Notes under the pieces: model-generated
Told to the model about the DNA's origin: nothing
Database searches by the model: none
Seen by the model: only the letters and a program-made list of their open reading frames with translations
NCBI GenBank assembly: GCA_002633005.1
Contig: NMRA01000511.1
Span: 77,716 to 141,715, forward strand
Direction of reading: 5' to 3'
Origin: Phoronis australis
Taxonomy: Eukaryota; Animalia; Phoronida
Length of the DNA: 64,000 nucleotides
Position numbers and translations under genes: made by a program
Shown: in pieces, positions 53,565 through 64,000 of the stretch
How the letters are laid out: each line of letters opens with the position of its first letter
How positions within the stretch are numbered: the stretch's first letter is position 1

Positions 53565-56399
53565 AAGCAAACTACAAACTTAAGTTCAAATTCATATCCG
53601 TAGCTTTGGTACTGAGGTTATTATGAGGAGCTAACTTAAAGCGTAATGCACATGAACTTGTGTAAAAAGTACTGATTACTCGAGTTTAAAAATACTGATT
53701 GCATGTACGTCTACCGACTGAAATGAAATGTCAATCACAAATTAGAGTACGAGTTTAAGTGAAAAGTTCCGTGACTACGTCGTTTGATAATGTACAACGA
53801 TATTTCAGATTTTGACTAGAAAACAGGGCAGTCGACAGTACGGCGTTCCTTTACGCAGTTGGACAAAGTGTTATTTTCATGTCACACAATTATCGATCTT
53901 TCTCAGTCACTGGAATTCTAATATTGTTTCAGAGCAACAAAGCTCTACTAATTTCTCTCGTGAAATCAAGAACCATGCTGCTCTACACAGCCGTTAATAC
54001 GATGCTTTGGTATGTACACAGTATTTCCAGCATGAGAAAAGCGTTGAGAATATAGAAGAACTTATCGAAAAGTTTGTGCATTTATCCAAACATTTACACA
54101 ACTATAAAAATAACTCTGTCGGTAAAAGTATAAACTACTCAAAGTAGAAAAACTCGTTCGATTTCAAAGTTATGCCAAATTGTTATAAATTGGGTCACGA
54201 GACCATGTTTTGTTAGCAAAACTTAACAAAACCGAAAGGTATATTCATTTCAATGACATGGCCGATTTTTATTTGATAAAAATGTCCCAGATGAAATATA
54301 AAAAAACTGTGTTAAAGTTTTCGTTTTCGTTGAGGCAACTTTTGATTTTCTTCACCAAAATCATAAAAATCGTATTTTTGATAGTCTTTGATGCAACTGT
54401 GAAATGTCTTAATAAGTCTTATCAGCATTTTGATGGAAATTACACAATTCATTGCATGTAAAATTTTCATTTGAATCCGATAAGAAATTCCTGAAATATG
54501 TTGTTCCAAAGTTAGTCAAAGTTAACATACTTCTAGCGCGCATAAGCGTAAATTTGATTTCCCCTTATGAAATTACACTTGAGCAGAAACTCCCAAGATC
54601 ATAATTTAAAGCGGCTACAAACCCTCTTTCCGTCCAAGAAGGGAACTTTTGATTCAGACAATTTGCCACATTAGTGTGACTTTTCCCTTACTAAAATGAG
54701 AAGGGATTCCCGGATTGTCGAGTAACGTCCAGCTCGTTGTACATGTACATGTACCTTGAGAACGTGCTCGGTGCATGAAATGACACGCCGTGTTAATGAG
54801 ACTTGTCGAGACTGGTCAAAGCAATAACGAAATACCTGCTCTTTTGAAGACCTGAAATCACCTTCAATGTCACCAAGAAACATTCAAGTAAAAATCAAAA
54901 GTCTCTAACAGAAGTCATTTTTTAAGTGTTGGGTTCATTGCCGATTTACGCTTGAAGTGCAAAGATGTTTCTGTCCTATCACGATAACTTTCATTGTAAT
55001 TCACAGCCATATTCCAATTTATCTGGCCTACCGTGGTCGCTATTTTACACGTCTTCATACATGCATAAATATGTGGGTGCGTGTTTTTGTCTGCCTTCAC
55101 GGGTGACCAAGTGGTCAGATGTGTGCTCGAAATCTCAAAAAGACAGGTTGGATCTAGGTGAAACTTGGCACAAGGGCGAGGAACATCATTGGAAAGGGGC
55201 ATGCCTCTTTTCAAACTGAACGCTTCGGGGAACAAGGAGACAGGGCTTTTCAAAAAATTCTGGTCAAGGTCGTCTCCAGACGAAATCTAAAAGAAAGGAC
55301 AGACGAGTATTACTAAAACTTGACACAGAAAGCTACGCATGCCACGGCACTGAGCCGTGAGCGAAATGGACCACTGGGTTTTGGCCAATTTGGTCTTGAC
55401 GGCGGCTTTTTCAATATTTTTACGAAAAGCACAATTGCGGATGATACCTAGATAACCGGTTAGCAAATTTCAATGAAGCTTAACACAATGTGCCGGCAAC
55501 AATCGGTTTTCGGGTGGTACTGACTTCTGCAGTGGCATATTTGTCACGACAAAGGGCTTGTTTAGAATGTTTTTGGGGCGAAGAGTTTTATCGGATGATA
55601 TCTAGACATTCAATTGAAGGATTTTCAAATGAACTTAAAACAGAGGAATATCATGGACATGTTCTATAACCAGTTTATTTCGATATCTTCTGAATACCTA
55701 GCCAGATTTTAACGGGAATTTCACAGGGATGTAGGTCAACTCTTGGACGGGGCACGTTGTTTTTCGTGCTGCCTTGCAACCCCGTGCCAGGGTGCGGGAC
55801 TGTTCGGAGATGATTCCTAGACACCCTGGGAAACTTGACACAGTATTGTGTGGGGACAGTATGACGGCACCACTCAAGATTAGGACGGATGCAGCTATTG
55901 GAAATTTTGGTCTCGATATTGTTTTTTAAGTATTTTGAATGAAAAATCGTTTACAGATTATATTGAAAATCCTTTCTAATGATGTACTGCCGAAGAACCG
56001 ATATTGCTTCTTCGTCTGGGTAGGAAAATAGCAAGTCTATGGCAATTCCAGTCCCTCCAGTCCTTAGATGGGGAGAGTGTTATTTTATACGATGTTCTTA
56101 GAAATAAACCTTCTGATGAATTTTAAAGCTGTACTTTTCGAATTTAACTGCACTCACTCAGAGTTTCACTAACGCCACATTCTGTGTGCAAAAATGCATT
56201 TAATGTATTTTTAAACTCATTAAAGTTGTACCTATAACCGGAACACCGCCCGCACCTAATTACGGAATTTAGGCGCATGCGCTAACATGCGGAACATTTT
56301 AGCAAAAAAACGTGATTTGCGTTTAGGCGCATGCACCTAATTGCGTGGCTATACGATAAACCTCCATGCACCTGTTTTATTTCTATTCTGAAATTCCAG

Positions 56400-56617
56400 G
56401 TTTTGCGCCAACCTATTGTTTTTCGGCCTGTCTTATAACACTTCCAACTTGGTCGGTGATCCGTACGCCAACTTTGCCATATCAGGCGCGGTAGAGTTCC
56501 CAGCATTACTATGCACGCAGTTCCTGTTGAAAAGTCGACTGCGCAGACGTGGCACCACCTTCCTTACCTTGATAGCGTCTGCTGCGTTCCTGTTGGCCAC
56601 TATGCCTATTCGTGGAG
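56400..56617 (+). CDS. SLC22 exon 6
   Basis: FCANLLFFGLSYNTSNLVGDPYANFAISGAVEFPA...RLRRR...; ccAG / G|GTATTC. Confidence 0.9.
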
Positions 56618-56682
56618 GTATTCATTATGTAGAGTCTTGGCGTGAAGATCGTGGTAATGGTGATTGTGTCGGTCGTGGTGGC

Positions 56683-57216
56683 GGTGGTGATGTTAGAAGT
56701 GGGGTTGGATGTGATGTTAGGAGTGGTTTGGGTAGTGATATTAGAGGTGATGTTGATAGTGAAGTTAGAGATGGTGTTGTTGGTGATGTTAGAGGTGATG
56801 TTGGTGGTGATTACATAGGTGGTGTTGGTGGTGATGTTAGAGATGATGTTGGCAGAGATGTTAGAGGTAGTGTTGGTTGTGATGTTAGAGATGGTGTTCT
56901 TAGTGATGCTAGAGATCGTATTTGTGGTGATGTTATAGGTGGTGTTGGTAGTGATGTTAGAGATGGTGTTGGTGGTGATGTTAGAGGTAGTGTTGGCTGT
57001 GATGTTAGAAATGGTGTTCTTAGTGATGCTAGAGATCGTACTTGTGGTGATGCTAGAGATGGTGTTGGTGGTGATGTTAGAGATGGTGTTGGTGGTGATG
57101 TTAGAGATGGTGTTGGTGGTGATGTTAGAGATGGTGTTGGTAGTGATGTTAGAGATGGTGTTGGTGGTGATGTTAGAGATGGTGTTGGTAGTGATGTTAG
57201 AGATGGTGTTGGTGGT
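56683..57216. repeat. 24-bp intronic minisatellite (ggtggtgatgttagagatggtgtt)n
   Basis: Over 20 degenerate-to-perfect units; source of the repetitive ORFs in four frames. Confidence 0.95.
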
Positions 57217-57564
57217 CGTCGTGTTGGGAGAAATGACATCTGCCGCTATCGAAGATGGAGCAGAAGCAACAGACTTAACCCACACAGTTTTGCCAGTCAC
57301 CTTTATGGTGCGTTTGAGTACGGCAGTTCATGCCGAGAGAATCTTATAGACCATTTACAAAGTAGTCTGTGATCGGAATTACGTGACAATGGCTTCTGAT
57401 TTTAGAGTGACATGTCGCTTTTACTTTTGTTTTTCGATTGTGCCACTGATCAGCACATGGCTGGCGGCTCTAATCAGTAACTGAACTTGTTCACTTACTG
57501 ATAAGTAACTGGCCGATGCGTGATGTTACGACATACTCACTGTAAATGTACCTTTCACTTGCAG

Positions 57565-57746
57565 AGTTTGGCTGGCTGGTAACCACACTAGCAATGTTTG
57601 GCAAGTTCACCACTACCGCCTACTTCGCCACTGTGTTCCTCTATACCCCTGAAATGTATCCGACCGCATTTAGGTCAGTTGGCTTAGGAACGGCTGCTAC
57701 TGGTGGCAAATTAGGTGTAATTGTTGCGCCGTACATTGCTATTACG
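57565..57746 (+). CDS. SLC22 exon 7
   Basis: LAMFGKF...LYTPEMYPTAFRSVGLG..GKLGVIVAPYI; donor GTAAGA. Confidence 0.95.
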
Positions 57747-58282
57747 GTAAGAAATGCGTGTCATTAATTTGCAAATAAGCCAAATGAAAGCTAAAATAAA
57801 GGTCTTTTTACAGCGTTTTACTGCTCCAACCTCGTTGTTGACTATTCTGTACTCTATAATTGGATCACCAACAGAGTTCTGGGCTATTACACTCGTCTGG
57901 AGATTAACAGAGGAAATCCATCTTGCACATGTACCATCCTGCGTTTGAACGTTTGTCCCGCGTCCCACCACACCATCAAAAAGTCGTATTTGTTGAAACA
58001 CGGCAGGCTCCACTTATTATCATATTCTATTGTCATCCTCTACGCGATACACCCCTATATTGCTGTTCGACTACTAAAAACCGCTGTAAGAGCGTTTTTG
58101 GGTTTTGCGGCGGACATAACACCCTTGTGCGTATTGTCGTAGACACAAATGTTTTCCTTTATATCCGGATGCACTTTTTTAACTAATATGTCTCGTTTTT
58201 CATCCTTGAATGTTGGCAGCAACGGAACTGGTGCAGCAAAGCTCTTCTCCATCAATACCGTCATTTATTGAGTCAAACATCC

Positions 58283-58439
58283 TAAAGATGTACAGTAGTA
58301 GTACTTTCTAAAAAGCGCTCCCTATACTGCTTCAATGTGACTCAATCGAATGCTAGAGTGTCGTTTGACAAGACGTGCTTGTGGTTTTTGAAGTGAAAAA
58401 AGGGCTACCAAATATTATGTTCTACAGTGTACATCTTTA
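58283..58439. mobile_element. Small MITE (Kolobok-like termini)
   Basis: taaagatgtaca...tgtacatcttta inverted termini. Confidence 0.55.
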
Positions 58440-59634
58440 CATGTAGTTGTATAGAGACGGATTCTTTTAGAGAAAATGCATTCGAACACCTAAGCTTTGA
58501 AAAGTATCCCGTTATTAGCAACAACATTCCAACTTCTCATTGAGTCGGAGCAGCACTAGGTGGATATTTTGATTGCCATTTCCTGTATCATAAATAACTC
58601 ATAAGCAATATAACGAGTCCTTTTCGTGACCTGTTTGAGCAGGATCTTGGTCAAATGGCAAATCACTCGTCACAAATCAAATCTCAATAGTGAATCCGGA
58701 ATTGACCTCATCTGCAAAGCGGAAGGAAATTACCGATGAATTACGGATACACGGCGTTATCGACATCGTGACTTTACGCGACAAACCGGCAATTTCCGTG
58801 CCCTCCTTGACCTCAAACCGTCAAAGTGCGAAGTGTGTTTGGGCATTTTGGGAACATTTTTGTGCTTTCACAGCTATTTTTTTTGCGAACTCGCTGGAGC
58901 AGGACACCGTTAGTGGTATCATAAGGAAGAACAATTTCACATGGTTTTGTGTAAATTTATTGAGTTACGTCTTTGATATGGACGGCTGAATTGAAGCACC
59001 CGTGGAATTTCTAGTCCCGAGTGTCATACCTTGTAGTATTATATGTCGTGCATTGGGGACGCGATAAAAAGCTGAGGTTGCCTGTGCTTCCAGTTAGCGG
59101 GTGGAGTCGCTTACGCATCCGTCTTTGACTTTTGACCCCCTGACATCTGATCTTTGACCTATAAGATTTGACCCAGGTCAACGCGTCACGATAACGACTC
59201 GCTATACTATACTCCCATACATTTTCCCCCCATTTGTTTATTATTGGCTCAGCTGATTATACGTCACAAGTCGTTTTGTTGGATATGGAAGGGGAATCTG
59301 TGGAGACTGTCGTGCGCGTGTTGAAGTTCTACTTTCAAATGATAGTTAAACAAAACTGCAAGACACTCCGAAATTCAGCATTTTTAGACATTAAAGTGAC
59401 ATCGATGAGCGTGCTTACAAAATCCTCAAAGAACTTATTTGTTTGAGGATTCGGTAAGCACACAAATTCAGATTAAATTTCGTGTTCCATAGTGTTATTA
59501 GTGTCGTACTACTGCAATCTGGATGTCTGATTTTTACTGCAAGAACAAATGAAGTTAGATTATGTTAAAAATAATAAACATGACCTGCATACTCACACAG
59601 CTGCTGTACATTTTATCAGTGTTCGTACTTACAG

Positions 59635-59795
59635 GGGCAGATATACTTCCGGGAACTTCCGCTGATGATTTTTGGACTGGTATCACTAGCTGTATCCGGG
59701 ACAACATTCTTGCTTCCCGAGACTGGGTCCATTTCATTGCCAGACACGTTAGACGACTTGAAAAACCTAAAGAAGCACAGAATATCGTGCAGACG
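59635..59795 (+). CDS. SLC22 exon 8
   Basis: ELPLMIFGLVSLAVSGTTFLLPETGSISLPDTLDD (LPET..LPDT motif); donor CG|GTGAGC. Confidence 0.93.
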
Positions 59796-60043
59796 GTGAG
59801 CTGAAGATAATTATCATATATTAAATATTTTCAGTTGCAATTGTTTGTGGCAAGAAAGACACATCACTCCACTTAGTTATAAGTATCTTATTTGATGGAA
59901 ATAATGGTTTTAATCGGTCGTTTTGAAGAGTAAAGAAATAACATGCATGTCATTTTGGAACGATAAAATCCCCATCCACCATTTTTGAGTACAACCCGGA
60001 GTCACCTGTCGGCTTTCTCAAGATGTTCTGTCGCAACTAATAC

Positions 60044-61157
60044 CACAGGCGCTTGGGTTTATCGCAAATGACTTCACTCAATAATATATATAAGAAAACA
60101 TAAAGGTTGGACACTTAAACTTTGCCAAGCCGAGGCTCCCAACTTCAACCGTCCAAAATCCAAATAAAATCTGCGTGCACCTCCCTCAGTCTGGTGTTGC
60201 ATAAACCTTCGAAGCCTAATCTTTCCTAGATCCCATTAACTGTCTTCGTGAGTGGTGAATTGGCGATGGGATTTCCATAACAATCTCAAAATTCTGAATT
60301 CAAGGACCTGAAATAGTAAACATGGCGGATTTCAGTTGTGCTTCAACTTGTACGCCTGTCGTAGGTGAAACTTCGAGTTTGAGAAAGCAACCTATATTTC
60401 AAATTCAATAATTCTAATCCAAAACTCAACTAATTGAGAAAGTTAAAGTTAGTATTTTAATGATTATTTGTAACTTTATTCCACTGACGGCTCATTTTAG
60501 CCCTTAACTTAGAATTTTATTACATAAACTGGCGTATCTTGTTTCTCATCTTGACATCACGCACTTTTTTGATTGAAGCACAACACACACTTGGTCAGGA
60601 AACGCACTCCGTGCAAATATTAAATGCGCGTGGCCGACGAGTTAACTCAATGGTTTTGGCCAAAAGTAAAACCTTCATAAGAAATCACAGTACACAAAAA
60701 ACTTCACATATCAATACAGTATCAGGATAATTTATATTTGACACAAATATGTGAGTAATTACATTTATTTGGCAATAAAGTCCCTCTGCTTCTCATGATC
60801 AAGTAGTCGATGGATTGACGGCGAAAGCCGCGCGAAATTAGACTTTCGGATTTAGCTCGGGAGCGTCTGTCAAAACCCGGATGTGCGAAGATCGTCTGCC
60901 ATGACATCACGGAATTAGGTCCTTAAATTTGTGATTTTGGCATTCTTTTGGCAGTTTTGTCGCCAAATTACCACTTGAAGGCAATTTGAAGAGATCGAAT
61001 GAAAGAAAGCATTCTAAAAGTTGTTCGATGCTAGTTTCGTGGAGTTCCATGCACATTTGAGTAGAAAATTCTGAGCAAACAGATTTCGAGTGTAAAACCT
61101 TTATGTTTTCTTATATATTATGAGTGACGTCATTTGCGATAAACCCAAGCGCCTGTG
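60044..61157. mobile_element. Non-autonomous DNA transposon (P- or hAT-like) with 8-bp TSD
   Basis: 29-bp perfect TIR CACAGGCGCTTGGGTTTATCGCAAATGAC extending imperfectly to ~70 bp. Identical ACTAATAC at 60036-60043 and 61158-61165. Confidence 0.92.
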
Positions 61158-61271
61158 ACTAATACGTGCTTTTCCAGTACTTGCTCCTACACTGTAGTGC
61201 ATAGTCGAGAAATCTCTACGGATCGAAACAGTAGCTGACGTGACTTCCTAAAACCGCTCCGAGGTGGTGGC

Positions 61272-61478
61272 GTATTACAACTATTATTAAAATCTCTTGG
61301 TCTATTTACTCGCACAAAAAATCACAACATGAGTGTGCGACGTATCCGTGCTCGTTCTTCTAAGAACGCGGGAACACCTGACGATGGCCGGATCGAGAAG
61401 AGACCGACCGAAACGTCGTGACAATAGACTATCGGTCGGTGTAAATAGACCAAGAGATTTTAATAATAGTTGTAGTAC
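61272..61478. mobile_element. Short Penelope-like (pLTR-derived) element bounded by 34-bp perfect inverted repeats
   Basis: 61276-61309 is the exact reverse complement of 61441-61474 and encloses a hammerhead motif. Confidence 0.7.
61375..61420 (+). ncRNA. Minimal type I hammerhead ribozyme motif (Penelope-type)
   Basis: CAC-CTGACGA-T-GGCCGG(loop)CCGACC-GAAA-CG-TC-GTG: both conserved core boxes, stem I CAC/GTG, palindromic ACGT stem III and a GUC cleavage triplet. Confidence 0.75.
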
Positions 61479-61559
61479 CTGACGTGATGTTAAATCTGGT
61501 TACTTAGGGCAAACATCACGTGTTGAAAGGTGTCAGTTGCTTTTGTTGTCTCGTTTCAG

Positions 61560-61629
61560 AAAACCCGGGAAAACGTCAGCTACACCGTGCAACGCAGAAG
61601 AACTAAACACCCTGGAGATAGAGAAGTAA
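61560..61629 (+). CDS. SLC22 exon 9 (terminal)
   Basis: tctcgtttcAG, phase 2; KPGKTSATPCNAEELNTLEIEK*. Confidence 0.78.
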
Positions 61630-62189
61630 CATGTGACGTCTAAAGATTGAAACTTGAAACCTGACCTTTCTCATTTAGTTCTCATACGTGTGCAAGCCGG
61701 ACTACATTTCACAGTTGTACAGTGCCGTTTTAAAAATACAATTTTATTCGGTAGATTATCGTGTTTTTAATGACTTTGGTTCGACCTTGGTCATTTTCAT
61801 GTACAATTGGGTAGACCTAAATCTGATCGTCTATTGACAACAGTGGTAACTTGTGGGGCGCCGTTTTATAGTGGTCAATTGTACTGAGAAATACTTTACG
61901 AGGAGGAATTAGCTTGCCGTAACAGTGAAACAAGGGGTTCGTTTTATGAAACTTGTTTGGTCGCAACAAAGAATTATTGAAACTTCATCAATAAAATACG
62001 CGGCAGACAGCAACAATCCTCTTATCCAGTCATCAACCATAATGGTAACCTAGCCTCAAGTGTGACCTGTTTCTCGAATTGTTCACGAACAAAAGCCACA
62101 TTACACCAACTGAAGTATGAGTTAACTTTCCCTTTCTTCACGAACGTTGTCTCAATCAACTGTCTGACATCCCGGCTAATCAAACTGAT

Positions 62190-63000
62190 GTCCGGAGGTA
62201 TCTCAATGAAATTGACCCCAATCAGAATGATGGCACAGCTTTAATAACCAGCAAGATGATCAAAATGATAGCCAATAAAATTACCATGCCCCTGACCAAT
62301 CTGTTTAACAAACTTCTTCAGCTAGGTATGTTTCCGTCTTCTTGGAATTATGTTCCTATACACAAAAAGACTCCAAAACTTTAAGACCCTGTACAAAATC
62401 TTCGAGAAGATCATTGCTCAAAGCATTCTTACATTTCTCAAACAAAACAACTTGATCTATCATCGTCAATTTGTTTTTTTTTGCGTGGGAACAGCACCGT
62501 GGCACAACTTGGTGAAGTAGTACATAAGATTCATTTACATTTTGAGAAGGGCGAGAGTGTCAGGTCCAGTTTTCTAGATATAGCTTCTGCTTTCGACTGT
62601 GTCCCTCACGACCTTCTACTTCACAAACTTCGATCCTATGGCATTACTGGTAATCTTTTAAACATGATCACCTCATATCTCTCCGAAAGAACATACAGTA
62701 ATCGTGTCGACGGCGTACTTTCAAATTTATCCCCTCCTGGATTTGTAAACGCAGGTGTATAGCAGGTTAGCGTATTGGGCCCTCTTCTCTTTTTGGTTTA
62801 TATTAATGACCTTCTGGATAACCTATCATGTAGCACATACCTTTATGCAGATGACACGGCGCTTTTTTACCCCTTCACGGGGAGCAGCCCTGAATGCTCT
62901 TTGCAGCTTCAACACGACTTAAATAAACTCAACTATTGGTCAAAAAAATGGAGAATAAATTTCAAACCAGAAACTAGAAAGATTATTGTCACGGCGTGAC
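62190..63000 (+). mobile_element. Degraded CR1/L2-type LINE reverse transcriptase fragment
   Basis: PLTNLFNKLLQLGMFPSSW, FLDIASAFDCVPHDLLLHKL, GV*QVSVLGPLLFLVYINDL, LYADDTAL; stops and frameshifts. Confidence 0.88.
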
Positions 63001-63039
63001 AATAACGGACTCTGCGCGTGCGTATTACTGGAATTATTA

Positions 63040-64000
63040 TGGGAAGTTACTGACAGCAACCCGTTTACCAATATGAAAAGGAATTCTTTAAAATTGTAGG
63101 AGAAATTACATATTAATTTTTGATGACCTTTCCACTAATTGACCTCTTCCGGTTCATTATGAGCCCCGATGAGGGAGTAATTGTTAACTCGATTAAAAGT
63201 TTGGTTAATGCTAAAAATCAAAGATGTTTTAATTTAAGCACTTCAGAATACAAGATGAATGAATTGGTCAAACTTTCAGAAGAAAAGTGCACCTAATTAC
63301 CCAATGGGTGCACCAAATTACCTGAAAATTTAGAATTAAAACTCAATCGCACTTAGTAAACAGACATGTAATTTTGAAGTCTCTAGCTCAAAATTTTAGT
63401 TTGCACTCAATGACTTTTGACCTATTTTTCTGATTGGTCAGGTCTATTGCGAAGTAAAGTAGGGTGTTAATTTGGAATCTTAACTTACACCAGTGTGCTG
63501 AAATTGAAAAGAATTCCTTAAAAAACGTAAGAGATATAACATTTTGAACGTTACATGACCTTTGCACTGATTGACCATATCCGGTGCATTATAAGCGTCT
63601 TAAGGAGAATTATTGCAAAGCCCATAAAAAGTGTGTTTAATGCTGAGAATCACAGATGTCTAACGGTTGACACATCAGAATACTTGCTGATTAAAAAGGT
63701 CAAATTTTAAGAAGAAAAATGCACCTAATCACCCAATGTTTGCACTAAATGACCTGAAACTTTGGATTCCAAATTGAATTACATGTGTGAAAAAGATAGC
63801 TTTAAAACTGAAGGAGGAGTAGCATTTTGAAAATTATATGACCTTTGCACCAAACGACCTCTTCCGGTGCAATATGGAATATGATTATATAACCAATCAA
63901 AATTTATATACTGTCAAAAGTTATATGCTGAATTTAAAAACCGTACCTGCACCCAATTTGGAGTTATTAAGCCTCACAGTTGGTCGGAAGAACAATAAGA
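63040..64000. repeat. Interspersed repeat with ~430-bp internal duplication
   Basis: atgacctttgcact..gacc..ccggt(g/t)ca recurs at ~63123, ~63555 and ~63838; gcacctaat(t/c)acccaatg at ~63289 and ~63721. Confidence 0.7.

Noticed and set aside
56509-57349. Long Thr/Asn-, Pro/Thr- and Val/Met-rich ORFs
   Set aside because: Alternative frames of the 24-bp minisatellite.

Overview
Intron-rich animal genomic DNA, probably a marine invertebrate or lophotrochozoan (inferred from gene and repeat content), not prokaryotic. Most ORFs in the supplied track are incidental. Hand-splicing with GT-AG sites and exon phases supports three genes. (1) A minus-strand nuclear-protein gene (~13.3 kb running off the left edge). 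Its three constant coding exons end in a phase-1 donor that can join at least two mutually exclusive, stop-terminated zinc-finger exons (1808-2124 and 89-264). This is a lola/mod(mdg4)-style variable DNA-binding cassette, but with a short unrecognised helical N-terminus instead of a BTB domain. (2) A minus-strand extracellular protein gene with mucin, EGF-like, FN3, mucin and EGF exons (36613-23123); its ends were not located. (3) A plus-strand 9-exon SLC22/organic cation transporter (41718-61629) with an apparent 1-nt frameshift in exon 5. Introns and spacers hold relics of Ingi/I-group (RNase H), Tx1/L1, CR1/L2 and Penelope retroelements, THAP relics, several MITEs, a tRNA-like sequence and minisatellites. 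A ~200-bp inverted-repeat element carries a Penelope-type minimal hammerhead ribozyme motif (61375-61420).
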